Positions 1-9,443 of a stretch of DNA of 64,000 nucleotides are shown here, in pieces. The notes under the pieces were generated by a model. The model had not been told where the DNA came from, searched no databases, and saw nothing but the letters and a program-made list of their open reading frames with translations. The stretch is from Candidatus Woesearchaeota archaeon (lineage in GTDB: Archaea; Nanobdellota; Nanobdellia; Woesearchaeales; GW2011-AR9): contig JBAYIU010000001.1 in NCBI GenBank assembly GCA_041665465.1, positions 1,081,733-1,145,732 on the forward strand. Reading direction: 5' to 3'. Each line of letters opens with the position of its first letter. Position 1 is the first letter of the stretch. A program made the position numbers and the translations under genes.

Positions 1-942
1 AAATACGGGTCTTGTCTCGAGCTAGACTTACTTTGAGATCTTCAATCTCTTTATGTACTGCCAACTGTTCTTTCTCTCCCTGATTCTCAATCTCTTGATT
101 AATCTTATTGATCTTTTCTTTATTTTCGTTAACTCTTTCTTTAAGTTTAGCGGTTTCTTTCTCTGCGGCAGTAATCTTTTCTTGGAACTTGCTAATCTCT
201 GTATCGTATTGTTGGCGAGCTTGATCTTTCTCTTGTACTAATAGGTGTACCCTAGTAGCTTTATAAGAATCAATCTTATTCTTAACTTCTTTAAACTTAA
301 GAGCTTGATCACGATCTTTTTTCAGTTCTTTTAAATGGGTCTTTCTTTCTTGCAGAATAAGGGTGGCATTGTTTAACTTTTCATCTACTCGATTTAATTC
401 TAACATAGCTTTATGCTTCTTGTCTTCATAGATAGATACATCACTTATCTCTTCAATGATCTTTCTTCTTTCTAGGGGAGACATATCTACAAAACGCATA
501 ATATCCCCTTGTAGAATAATATTATATCCTTCAGGATTGATACGTGCGGCAGACATTAAGTCCAATACTTCAGTACGAGTTCTCTTCTTGCCATTAATAC
601 GATATACACTATTTCCATCATTACTGATGGTTCGGTTAAGAACAACTTCATCAGAATCTACCGGGAAAACTTTACTTTGGTTACAGAAAGCAATCTCTAC
701 ACTTGCTTCTCCGGCTGCTTTCTTATTCTTCCCCCCATTAAAAACTAAATTAGAGGCTTTCTCTACTCGCATAGATTTAGCAGAAAGTCTGCCCAGAACG
801 AAACAAATAGCATCTCCGATATTACTTTTACCGCTACCATTAGGGCCGAGAATACAATTAAAGCTCCCATCAAAAGGAATTTCCGTCTTATGGGCAAAAC
901 TCTTAAACCCATGAATGTTTATCCGGTTTATCTTAGTCATAA
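1..942 (-). CDS. smc: SMC chromosome segregation ATPase, N-terminal part (partial; continues beyond the window start)
   Basis: Reverse-strand translation from the ATG at 942 reads MTKINRINIHGFKSF...GPNGSGKSNIGDAICFVLG, an SMC-type Walker A. The reading frame runs open to position 1 and is coiled-coil-like. It is absent from the ORF track only because it lacks a stop in the window. Confidence 0.75.
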
Positions 943-1153
943 TCCCTATCTTCTCTTTTAGTGCATTTGATGTTTTACTGGTGGTTTATAAAAATTGCTA
1001 TTTTTCAGGATATCTTTTAAAGGCAAATGGAGAATATTTTTACTTACTCTTCAATATTTAAAGGACATAATTGCCTGAATTAAGCTCAAATTGAGCCTTT
1101 GCACTTAACTCTAACGAAATCTTTATAAATAAAGGTCCAAAATTAAGCTTAAA

Positions 1154-1714
1154 ATGTTCTACCGTATCAAAGTAAAGGATTACATCAGGGTGCCTCCAGC
1201 TATGTTTAATTTAAACAAGCGAGAGTCCGTATTACAAAACGTAAAAAGCACTTATGAAAATTATATCTCCAAAGAACTTGGTTTCGTGGTTAATGTTGTT
1301 GATGTTGGAGAAGTTAAAGAAGGAATAATCATTCCTGGCGACGGAGCAGCTTATTATGACACTGAGTTTGAATTATTAACTTTCAAACCAGAAATGAACG
1401 AATTGGTCTTTGGAAGAATTCGTGACATCACCGATTTCGGAGCATTCATGGAGTTAGGTGGAGCAGAAGGAATGGTACACATCTCCCAAAGTATGGACGA
1501 TTTTGTTTCCTTCAGTAAAGATAAAGTTTTACAAGGTAAGAAAACCGGTCAGACAGTTAAAGTGGGCGATAAATGTAAGGCTCGTATCATTGCTGTAAGT
1601 TATAAAGACTTAAACAATCCCAAGATCGGATTAACCATGCGTCAAGAAGGATTAGGAAAATTAGAGTGGTTAGATCAGTCAGGTAAAGAGCCTAAAAAAG
1701 AGGACAAGGAATAA
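1154..1714 (+). CDS. rpoE: DNA-directed RNA polymerase subunit E' (Rpo7, S1 domain)
   Basis: 186 aa with an N-terminal Rpb7-like fold and an S1 domain (GRIRDITDFGAFMELGGAEGMVHISQ). It is followed by Spt4, S24e and S27ae, as in archaea. Confidence 0.8.
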   Translation: MFYRIKVKDYIRVPPAMFNLNKRESVLQNVKSTYENYISKELGFVVNVVDVGEVKEGIIIPGDGAAYYDTEFELLTFKPEMNELVFGRIRDITDFGAFMELGGAEGMVHISQSMDDFVSFSKDKVLQGKKTGQTVKVGDKCKARIIAVSYKDLNNPKIGLTMRQEGLGKLEWLDQSGKEPKKEDKE

Positions 1715-1715
1715 A

Positions 1716-1904
1716 ATGACTAAAAAGAATGCTTGCAAACACTGTAAGATGTTGATTGAAGGAGAAAAATGTCCTAATTGCCATTCCGAAAGTGTTACTG
1801 GTAGTTGGCAAGGAAGAGTATTCATTAATGATGTTAATAAGTCTTTAATCGCTGAAAAGATCGGGATTAAAGTTAAAGGCGAATATGCCATTAAAGTAAG
1901 ATAA
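1716..1904 (+). CDS. spt4: Transcription elongation factor Spt4 (RpoE'')
   Basis: 62 aa with a C4 zinc ribbon, CKHCK...CPNC. It sits directly after rpoE'. Confidence 0.75.
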   Translation: MTKKNACKHCKMLIEGEKCPNCHSESVTGSWQGRVFINDVNKSLIAEKIGIKVKGEYAIKVR

Positions 1905-1905
1905 G

Positions 1906-2235
1906 GTGGAAAGAATGCAGATTAATATTCAAGAAAAAAAACATAATCTTTTTTTAAAAAGAGTTGAAGTTAAAGGGAAGGTTACTTTTGAAGCAGCTAC
2001 TCCCAGCAATGTTCAATTAGCTGAAGTATTAGCAAAAGAAATGCAGGTTAAAGATGCAACTTTAGTGGTTATCAAACATCTATATACCACTTTCAGTCAT
2101 CGTGATGCAGCTTTTGAAGCATTGGTTTATGACACTGTTGATGCCAAGAACCATACTGAAAAATTAACTTCACAACAACGTAAAAAACTTGCTGAAGCTA
2201 GCAAAGCAGCTGCCGCTTCAGCTGAGAGCAAGTAG
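1906..2235 (+). CDS. rps24e: 30S ribosomal protein S24e
   Basis: 109 aa with S24e-like sequence. It sits in the conserved Spt4-S24e-S27ae position. Confidence 0.8.
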   Translation: MERMQINIQEKKHNLFLKRVEVKGKVTFEAATPSNVQLAEVLAKEMQVKDATLVVIKHLYTTFSHRDAAFEALVYDTVDAKNHTEKLTSQQRKKLAEASKAAAASAESK

Positions 2236-2245
2236 GTGAATTAAG

Positions 2246-2491
2246 ATGGCAGATAAATCTTCTAAATCTCCAGCAAAAGGTGGAGCTAGTAAAGGCGGAG
2301 CAAGTAAGGGTGGAGCAACTAAAGAGGGCAAAAAGGAGAAGCCCTTAGGGACTCTTTATACTATTGCCGGCGATAAAATTACTCGAAATAATCGTATGTG
2401 TCCAAAATGTGGTCCAGGAACTTTCTTAGGAAAACATAAGGACAGATTAGTTTGTGGCAAGTGCCGATATGTTGAGTATACCAAGAATTAG
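2246..2491 (+). CDS. rps27ae: 30S ribosomal protein S27ae (C4 zinc finger) with a G/A/S/K-rich N-terminal repeat
   Basis: C-terminal CPKCGPGTFL...CGKCRY motif. The N-terminus carries GGASKGGASKGGATKEG, encoded by an approximately 15-nt tandem repeat at 2279-2330. Confidence 0.8.
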   Translation: MADKSSKSPAKGGASKGGASKGGATKEGKKEKPLGTLYTIAGDKITRNNRMCPKCGPGTFLGKHKDRLVCGKCRYVEYTKN

Positions 2492-2541
2492 TTTTCTTAT
2501 TTTTGATTAACTTTTTATATTGATTCATTTTCTATAGGTTT

Positions 2542-3138
2542 ATGTCTCTTGAACAACTCAAACAACAGTATCACGATTGCAAGAAATGTTCTGAATTGTG
2601 TAAATCTCGGTCGCAAGTAGTGTTCGGATCAGGAAATCATAATTCTAAGATTCTTTTCATCGGAGAAGCTCCCGGTGCTACTGAAGATAAGCAAGGTATT
2701 CCTTTTTGCGGGATGTCTGGAAAAATTCTTTCTGAATTGTTGGCACATATCGGAGTAACTCGAGATGAAGTCTTCATTACTAATACTATTCTTTGTCATC
2801 CTCAAGATAATCGGAATCCGGCCAAAGAGGAAGTACAAAACTGCCGAGAAAGGTTAGATAAAATGATTGAGATCATGCAGCCAAAAGTGATTGTAACTAT
2901 CGGCAATTTTGCTACGGAAAGAATTCTGAACAAAACGGGGATAACTACTTTGCGTGGAAAGGTTTATCCTACTATTATTAATAATAAGGAAGTTAAGGTA
3001 GTTCCAGTAATTCATCCGGCGGGTTATTTATATTCTGGCAGGAATCCAGAGATGTTGAAGCAGATGAAAGCTGACTTTGAAGCCATTGCTAAAGTGATTG
3101 ATGATAAGAAACAGCAGAAGAGTTTAGTAGAGTTTTAA
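2542..3138 (+). CDS. udg: Uracil-DNA glycosylase, family 4 (Fe-S type)
   Basis: Motifs CKKCSELC and GEAPGATED...PFCGMSG, plus HPQDNRNP. Length is typical at 198 aa. Confidence 0.75.
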   Translation: MSLEQLKQQYHDCKKCSELCKSRSQVVFGSGNHNSKILFIGEAPGATEDKQGIPFCGMSGKILSELLAHIGVTRDEVFITNTILCHPQDNRNPAKEEVQNCRERLDKMIEIMQPKVIVTIGNFATERILNKTGITTLRGKVYPTIINNKEVKVVPVIHPAGYLYSGRNPEMLKQMKADFEAIAKVIDDKKQQKSLVEF

Positions 3139-3150
3139 ATCTCAGTAACC

Positions 3151-3162
3151 TTTATAAATAAA
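3151..3162 (+). promoter_or_regulatory. Archaeal TATA box (TTTATAAATAAA) about 130 nt upstream of L7Ae, implying a long structured leader
   Basis: Matches the TTTATAAA consensus with an A-rich BRE-like upstream context. The leader at 3190-3265 contains several hairpins. Confidence 0.5.
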
Positions 3163-3293
3163 CTTCTCTTTTAATGTAAACATGCCAATGAGTTGTTGGT
3201 AGACAACGAGGTAATTCATTCTAATGAATGTTACCGACGCCTAGAGAGAACATTCTCAGGCACCGAAATTAAAAAACCAAAGAGGGTTACAAA

Positions 3294-3617
3294 ATGGTTA
3301 ATGAAGCTAAAGTATTAGAAGTTGTAGAAGTAGCTAGAACTAGTGGAAAGATCAGAAAAGGAGCTAACGAAACTACAAAAGCGATTGAAAAAGGCGAAGC
3401 CAAATTAGTTGTTTACGCTAGTGATGTGTCTCCAAAAGAGATCGTTATGCACTTACCTCTATTATGTAAGGATAAAAATATTCCTTGTGTTGCGGTTTCT
3501 AAAAAAGAAGACCTTGGTGCAGCTGCTGGTTTGAGCTTAGGCACTGCTGCTGTTGCTGTAGTCAAAGAAGGAGAAGCTAAAGCTGCTTTAGAAGAAGTAT
3601 TGAGAAACAAAGAATAA
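3294..3617 (+). CDS. rpl7ae: 50S ribosomal protein L7Ae
   Basis: 107 aa, KIRKGANETTKAIEKGEAKLVVYASDVSP motif. Starts the L7Ae-S28e-L24e-NDK cluster. Confidence 0.9.
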   Translation: MVNEAKVLEVVEVARTSGKIRKGANETTKAIEKGEAKLVVYASDVSPKEIVMHLPLLCKDKNIPCVAVSKKEDLGAAAGLSLGTAAVAVVKEGEAKAALEEVLRNKE

Positions 3618-3633
3618 AAATAGGTGAATTACC

Positions 3634-3951
3634 ATGGCTAAAAAAATGGTCGGTAAGGACGCCAAGCAAGAAGCGGCTACCGAGGTTAAAACTGAAAGTG
3701 AAATTAGATTCTCTATAGGGATCCCTTCCGAAATTAAAGAAATTGTGGGAAGAGGCGGAACTCGTGGAGAAATTACTCAAGTAATGTGTGAAGTTCATGA
3801 AGGTCGGGACCGAAACAAGGTTATCCGAAGAAACTGTAAGGGTCCAGTTAAAGTTGGCGACATCTTAATGTTACTAGAGACTGAAATCGAAGCTCAGAGA
3901 TTGGGCGGCGGAAGACGCGGTGGCAGCAGCGCTGGTGCTGCTCGCAAGTAG
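3634..3951 (+). CDS. rps28e: 30S ribosomal protein S28e
   Basis: [33 protein letters not shown]-type sequence. Conserved position after L7Ae. Confidence 0.85.
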   Translation: [105 protein letters not shown]

Positions 3952-3961
3952 GTGAAATAAA

Positions 3962-4231
3962 ATGCCAAAATGCACATTTTGTGGAACTTCCTTGGAAAGA
4001 GGAACAGGTAAAATGTTTGTTTATGTGAGTGGAAAGGTTGTTTATTTCTGCTCTAATAAATGTGAAAAGAACCTTTTCAAACTGGGCAGAAAACCGTTAA
4101 GGGTTAAGTGGACTGAAGCTTATCGTAAAGTTAAGAAGACGGGGATTAAAGCAGAAGCGGAAGATATCCCTACTCCAAACGTAAATGCTGCAGTAGTAGA
4201 AGAAAAGTCCATTAAATCTGCTAAGAAATAG
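3962..4231 (+). CDS. rpl24e: 50S ribosomal protein L24e
   Basis: MPKCTFCGTSLERGTGKMFV...FCSNKC zinc motif. Confidence 0.85.
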   Translation: MPKCTFCGTSLERGTGKMFVYVSGKVVYFCSNKCEKNLFKLGRKPLRVKWTEAYRKVKKTGIKAEAEDIPTPNVNAAVVEEKSIKSAKK

Positions 4232-4240
4232 AGGTTAAAG

Positions 4241-4729
4241 ATGATCGAACGAACATTAGTCTTAGTAAAACCCGATGGAGTACAAAGAGGATTAATCGGA
4301 AAAATCATCACTCGTTTCGAAGACGTTGGATTAAAGATTATTGCTATGAAAATGGTTTGGGCGGATGAGACCTTAGCAGCTAAACACTATTTTGATGTCA
4401 AAGAAAGGTATGATGAGAGGATTTTCAATAATCTTTCTCAGTATCTTCGTGAAGGGCCCGTTGTAGCAATGGTGTTAGAAGGGATTCATGCAGTTAAACA
4501 AGTGCGCAAGATGACCGGAAGCACTTATCCTGATGAATCTACTCCTGGAACAATCAGAGGAGACTTTGCTCATATCAGTAAGGCTTACGCCAACGAAAAC
4601 AATCGTCGTGTTGGTAACTTGCTCCATTCTTCAGCAAAACTGGAAGAAGCAAAATACGAGATTGGTATCTGGTTTAATGATAAAGAAATCCATGCCTACA
4701 AAACTGTGCATGAAGATAATGTCAGATAA
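4241..4729 (+). CDS. ndk: Nucleoside diphosphate kinase
   Basis: ERTLVLVKPDGVQRGLIGKIITRFE and GTIRGDF...N.LH.S motifs. Conserved position after L24e. Confidence 0.85.
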   Translation: MIERTLVLVKPDGVQRGLIGKIITRFEDVGLKIIAMKMVWADETLAAKHYFDVKERYDERIFNNLSQYLREGPVVAMVLEGIHAVKQVRKMTGSTYPDESTPGTIRGDFAHISKAYANENNRRVGNLLHSSAKLEEAKYEIGIWFNDKEIHAYKTVHEDNVR

Positions 4730-4743
4730 GAGGTAAAATTAAA

Positions 4744-6942
4744 ATGGCAAGTGAAAAGATGATCGATAAGGTCACCAGGATTACTCAAGATCCTAGATAT
4801 ATCCGAAATATTTGTACCAGTGCTCATATTCATCATGGTAAAACGGCTTTTACCGATAATTTGTTAGCGGCTGCTGGTCAGATGGCTTCTAAATATGCCG
4901 GAGATCTAGAACACGGTATGGAGACCTGGCAACATAAAGACGAACAAGAGAGATTAATGACTGTTGATTCCGCTAACGTTTCTATGGTTCATGAGTTTGG
5001 CGGTCATGAATATTTAATTAATTTGATTGATACTCCCGGTCACGTTGATTTTGGGGGAAACGTTACTAGAGCAATGAGAGCTGTTGATGGTACCGTTGTC
5101 TTGATTTGTGCAGTTGAGGGGGTAATGCCTCAAACTGAAACAGTAGTCAGACAAGCTTTGCGTGAAAGAGTTAAACCCGTATTATTCATTAATAAGATGG
5201 ATCGTTTAGTCAAAGAATTAAAACTTTCCCCTGATAAAATTGCAGAAAGAGTTCTGCTTTTAACTAAACAGTTCAATGATATGATTGAAAGAATTGCCGA
5301 ACCCCAATATAGAGAAAGCTGGAAAGTTAGTGTTCCTGATGGAAGTATGGCTTTTGGTTCTGCTCGTGAAAACTGGGCTCTGTCCTTTCCTTACATGAAT
5401 AAAAAAGGGATCAAGTTTGCAGACATCTTAAAAATTTATGAGATGGAAGAAGAAGAAAGAAAAGCGTGGGTGTGGGCTAATGCTCCTTTAAATGAAGTTA
5501 TTTTAGATATGATTATCAAGCATCATCCAGATCCACTTGATGCTCAGAAGTACAGAATTCCCAAGATCTGGCACGGAGACCCAGAGTCACAGTTTGGTAA
5601 GGATTTAATCAATTGTAACCCCAACGGTAAATTAGGTTTTGTTATTACTAGAATTGTGGTAGACCCAAAGTCAGGTAAGGATATTTCTGCAGGAAGATTG
5701 TTCAGTGGAACGGTTAGAAGCGGAATGGAAGTATATTTGAACAATACTAAGCAAAGACAAAGAGTTCAAAACGTCTATATTTATAACGGTATCAAGCCAG
5801 AGATTATGGAATTTTTGCCTGCTGGTAATGTTTTAGCTATTTCTGGAGTAGTTGGAAATGCTGGTGAAACCGTGACTATAGATGAAGAGCAGCCTTTTGA
5901 AGAATTGAAACATATCTTTGAACCGGTTATTACTAAAGCTATCGAACCTAAGAGACAAGGTGATTTGCCAAAGCTAGTTGAAGTTCTTAGAAAAGTTTCC
6001 CGAGAAGATCCTTCAGTTAAGATCGAGATTAATGAAGAAACCGGCCAGAACTTAATGCATGGTATGGGAGAACTGCACTTAGAGATTATTGAAAACAGAA
6101 TCGTTACCGAGAAAGGGGTCGAAATTAAAACTTCTCCACCTATTGTTGTTTATCGTGAAGCGATTACTAAAGCTTCTCCGGAAGTGGAAGGTAAATCTCC
6201 TAACAAGCACAACAAGCTCTATTTCAAAGTTGAACCTTTAGAACCAGAGATTATAGCAGCAGCTAAAGAAGGTAGGATTAACTCCGGCAGATACAGAAAG
6301 AAAGATGACCAGTTAATTGCTTTCTTGAGAGAAGAGTGTGGATGGGATGCTAAAACTGCAACTCAAGTCAAAGAGATTTACAATGGCAATATGATCATGG
6401 ATGTAACTAGGGGACAAGTTCACATTGGAGAGATTATGGAACTAGTACTTGACATGTTTGTAGATGTTATGAAACAAGGTCCTTTAGCTCGTGAACCCTG
6501 TATGGGTGTAAAAGTTATGTTAATGGACTGTACTTTGCATGAAGATGCTATCCATCGTGGTCCAGCGCAAATGTATCCCGCAATCAGAGAAGGTATCAGA
6601 GGAGCAATGATGCAGGCTGGTCCGATCATGTTTGAACCATTGCAAGTAACTAGAATCGAAGCTCCACATGATAATTTAGGAGAAGTATCTAAGTTAGTAA
6701 CTTCTAAACGTGGTCAATTGTTAGACGTGTTGCAAGAAGGAGATCAAACTGTAGTTATAGCTAAGTTGCCTGTTGCTGAAATGATAGGATGGAGCAGTGA
6801 TTTAAGGTCAGCTACTGGAGGTAGAGGAACTTCTTCTTTAGTTGATCAAAGCTTTGAAAAATTACCTTACGAATTAGCTGAGAAGGTTAGACAGCAGATC
6901 ATGCAGAGAAAAGGATTAACTGACGCTCAATTAGGGGCTTAA
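4744..6942 (+). CDS. fusA: Elongation factor 2 (aEF-2)
   Basis: 732 aa with G-domain motifs AHIHHGKT, LIDTPGHVDF and NKMDR. Diphthamide-region motif HEDAIHRGPAQ. Confidence 0.9.
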   Translation: MASEKMIDKVTRITQDPRYIRNICTSAHIHHGKTAFTDNLLAAAGQMASKYAGDLEHGMETWQHKDEQERLMTVDSANVSMVHEFGGHEYLINLIDTPGHVDFGGNVTRAMRAVDGTVVLICAVEGVMPQTETVVRQALRERVKPVLFINKMDRLVKELKLSPDKIAERVLLLTKQFNDMIERIAEPQYRESWKVSVPDGSMAFGSARENWALSFPYMNKKGIKFADILKIYEMEEEERKAWVWANAPLNEVILDMIIKHHPDPLDAQKYRIPKIWHGDPESQFGKDLINCNPNGKLGFVITRIVVDPKSGKDISAGRLFSGTVRSGMEVYLNNTKQRQRVQNVYIYNGIKPEIMEFLPAGNVLAISGVVGNAGETVTIDEEQPFEELKHIFEPVITKAIEPKRQGDLPKLVEVLRKVSREDPSVKIEINEETGQNLMHGMGELHLEIIENRIVTEKGVEIKTSPPIVVYREAITKASPEVEGKSPNKHNKLYFKVEPLEPEIIAAAKEGRINSGRYRKKDDQLIAFLREECGWDAKTATQVKEIYNGNMIMDVTRGQVHIGEIMELVLDMFVDVMKQGPLAREPCMGVKVMLMDCTLHEDAIHRGPAQMYPAIREGIRGAMMQAGPIMFEPLQVTRIEAPHDNLGEVSKLVTSKRGQLLDVLQEGDQTVVIAKLPVAEMIGWSSDLRSATGGRGTSSLVDQSFEKLPYELAEKVRQQIMQRKGLTDAQLGA

Positions 6943-6975
6943 GTTTATTTTTTTATTATATTTTTTCTTATTATT

Positions 6976-7950
6976 CTAATCAAACCATTCTGGAAAGAAA
7001 TCTAACTTCTTTTCTTCTACAATAATCACTGATTCGGTTTTCTTAATCAGTTCTGGGAAATCGTTTCTGATCTTATGGGTTAGTCCATAAAAGTCTTGTA
7101 ATGTTTCCGTCTCTATTTCCAATTCCATTTCCCACGGCCCGAGAGATTCGATAACATGAATCACATTAGGAAGTTCCATGCAGTAGTTAATAAATCGGTC
7201 AATCTCGTGTTCATAATTCTTCAAATAAAGACATAATTTGAAAAAATTGTATCCTATCTTTTGTGGATCAATAAACGTCACATAACCTTGAATAACTCCT
7301 TTCTTCTCTAGGTCTTTGATTCTACGTTGAGCAGTTTTAATATTCATTTTAAACTCTTTGACTAAGTCCATATAATTGAAGCGAGCGTAATTGGAGATAA
7401 ACCTCATGATAGACTTCTCTTCTTCAGATAAATCTACTTTGTCTTCATTCATAAACTTCTTAACTTTCTTTAGAACTGCTCCTTTTTTATTAATTAAATA
7501 TGTTCTGGGAGAAGTATGTCCTTCTGATAAAAACACTATATCATAATTGGTAATAAATCTTTCAAACTTGTTAAAGAAGTCTTTCTTCACAGAAGTAAAC
7601 TGATTCATGTTCTCTACATACGCACCAATCATCAAGTCCCAGCTTCCTTCACACTTGGCTACCCAAGAGATTCTTTGATCTTTCTGTAGGTAAGCATAAA
7701 ACTCTTTCTCTTCTTCTGGCGTGAATCCGGAAAGTTGGAAGTAAATCTTTCCTAAAAATAGTCCTAATCTGGCTAGTGAGGGTTGAACTACAAACTTCTT
7801 GATGACTCCTTCTTTAAGGAGTTGATTAACGTGATATTGGACATTATTCTTTCCAATACCTAACTTTTGTCCAATCTTAGAGAAACTCTCTCTAGCATTG
7901 GTGTCTAACTCTAATAAGATCTTGCGGTCAATCTTGTCTAATTTGGGCAT
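6976..7950 (-). CDS. Lrp/AsnC-family transcriptional regulator, tandem two-domain form
   Basis: Two repeats of an HTH_AsnC plus RAM-like unit (DRKILLELDTNARESFSKIGQKLGI; ...IMRFISNYARFNYMDLVKEF). 324 aa. Confidence 0.7.
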   Translation of the reverse strand: MPKLDKIDRKILLELDTNARESFSKIGQKLGIGKNNVQYHVNQLLKEGVIKKFVVQPSLARLGLFLGKIYFQLSGFTPEEEKEFYAYLQKDQRISWVAKCEGSWDLMIGAYVENMNQFTSVKKDFFNKFERFITNYDIVFLSEGHTSPRTYLINKKGAVLKKVKKFMNEDKVDLSEEEKSIMRFISNYARFNYMDLVKEFKMNIKTAQRRIKDLEKKGVIQGYVTFIDPQKIGYNFFKLCLYLKNYEHEIDRFINYCMELPNVIHVIESLGPWEMELEIETETLQDFYGLTHKIRNDFPELIKKTESVIIVEEKKLDFFPEWFD

Positions 7951-8062
7951 ATTTGGTCTAGTTACCTTTTTAATATATAAATTTTACCCATATGAATAAT
8001 ATTTTCATAAATAGTTTAATCTAGTTGTTATAACTTCCTAGTCCTATTCCCTGTGAAATCAA

Positions 8063-8629
8063 ATGGTTAAGAAAAATAGATTATTGTACTTCTTTTCGGA
8101 GAGATATAAGGATCTTTATGATCGAGAAGAAAGATTAGAACAACGAGTGCTAGAAATAGAGCGGGAAGAAAAGAATGGACTCTCTCATTTTGGTATCGAA
8201 TCTATTACTGATCCAGGATATAAAACGCCTCCAGATCTTTATGGCTCTTGCGGGGAATCAATGGTTATGATAACCCTCAAAGATGGAAGAGAAGTTTTCA
8301 TTGAACAATTAAGGTATAATCAATGGTGTACTTTCGTTCGTTACTATTTTGGTGATAAAAATTCTAGAGGATGTTTGGAAGTGTATGATTATGGGACTGA
8401 GGCCAAGGTTAAGATAAACCGGGAACAGGAATCAATAAAGCAACGCTTAGGAGAACTTCAGACAATAGTTCAGAATTGTCAAAACTTGATCTGTTCTTGG
8501 TACAGAAAAGATTATGGTTTGGCGGGGAAATATGCTGGGGTGATTTACTGTATGGAACCAGCAGCAAGGCTTATTGATAGGTACAATTATTACACCCCTA
8601 ATCACACCAATCAGTGTCTCGAGAAGTAA
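8063..8629 (+). CDS. Hypothetical protein
   Basis: 188-aa ORF with no recognisable motif. The divergent intergenic region carries a TATA-like element. Confidence 0.4.
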   Translation: MVKKNRLLYFFSERYKDLYDREERLEQRVLEIEREEKNGLSHFGIESITDPGYKTPPDLYGSCGESMVMITLKDGREVFIEQLRYNQWCTFVRYYFGDKNSRGCLEVYDYGTEAKVKINREQESIKQRLGELQTIVQNCQNLICSWYRKDYGLAGKYAGVIYCMEPAARLIDRYNYYTPNHTNQCLEK

Positions 8630-8987
8630 TGGTGATCTCTTTTCTTTCTTTTTTCTCAGTAATCTCAGAAAAATAACTCTTTTTAGGTTGTTCTTTTGTT
8701 TCTAAAGAAGGCTTATCAAAATCTATCTGAGAAACATCTTTCACTTGGTTCATTTCAAACACTTTTCTTTTGTTAACATTACCGCAACGTGCACATCGGA
8801 AGTATAATCCCCATTTCCCAATGCAAGTTTCTAGATACTCCCCACAAGCACATTTCATCTCATTCATAAGAGCAGCACGATGTTTTTCACAGACGGGAAT
8901 CTCTTGTTCATTTCTGGTTGTAGCCTGTTTGCCACAGAAAGGACAAGTATCTAGTTTAGATTCACCATAACGTTTAGGGAGATACAT
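8598..8987 (-). CDS. Zinc-ribbon protein (topoisomerase-type C4 zinc fingers)
   Basis: CPFCGK...C..H and C.CGEYLETCIGKWGLYFRCARCGN, resembling zf-C4_Topoisom repeats. Confidence 0.45.
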   Translation of the reverse strand: MYLPKRYGESKLDTCPFCGKQATTRNEQEIPVCEKHRAALMNEMKCACGEYLETCIGKWGLYFRCARCGNVNKRKVFEMNQVKDVSQIDFDKPSLETKEQPKKSYFSEITEKKERKEITITSRDTDWCD

Positions 8988-9029
8988 AAAAAGAAAGAAA
9001 ATTATGGGGTTTAAATGGTTTGCTGTTGT

Positions 9030-9443
9030 TCAATATAAGGTATGCTTCTCACTTTGATTCTCTTTCTCTTGCAAATTCTTTCTATCCATCCATTGAAGAT
9101 ATTTTCTTAATGATGATCTGAAATCCAACAGGACCATTCCGGCATTAAACTCGGAAATATGGCCTGGTTTTCCTCTGAGGATATCTTCAATGGTAAAATG
9201 ATGAAGAGTATACGATGTCATTGAACCAAAAAGTAAAGGGGCAGTTAAGTTAGGACAATCCTCTTCAGCTTGCTTCCTCTGGAAGTAAGTTCCGTGAACG
9301 CAAGAACTGTGATCAAAATAGTCGTGCTCTTTAACAACGTAAATCTCTATTTCTGGATAATTCTTTAAGGTTTCGCTTCCCACATATATTGATAAGATTT
9401 TTTCCGTTAGATCTTTAGTTAATTGCATTTTAGTTTCCTCCAA
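9030..9443 (-). CDS. Hypothetical protein, last gene of the HD-hydrolase operon
   Basis: 137-aa ORF overlapping the HD gene end by 14 nt. GC is higher than the backbone. Confidence 0.4.
   Translation of the reverse strand: MEETKMQLTKDLTEKILSIYVGSETLKNYPEIEIYVVKEHDYFDHSSCVHGTYFQRKQAEEDCPNLTAPLLFGSMTSYTLHHFTIEDILRGKPGHISEFNAGMVLLDFRSSLRKYLQWMDRKNLQEKENQSEKHTLY

Noticed and set aside
53-241. 62-aa + strand ORF
   Set aside because: Antisense to the SMC coiled-coil region. It is a low-complexity Leu/Phe-rich translation typical of AT-rich antisense frames.
456-914. 152-aa + strand ORF in the ORF track
   Set aside because: It lies entirely antisense to the well-supported SMC N-terminal coding region (Walker A GPNGSGKSN on the minus strand). 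Its composition is typical of an antisense shadow ORF.
2279-2330. Short tandem 15-nt repeat (about 3 copies) encoding GGASKGGASKGGATK
   Set aside because: It lies inside the S27ae coding region as a low-complexity N-terminal tail. It is not an independent repeat element or a CRISPR-like array.
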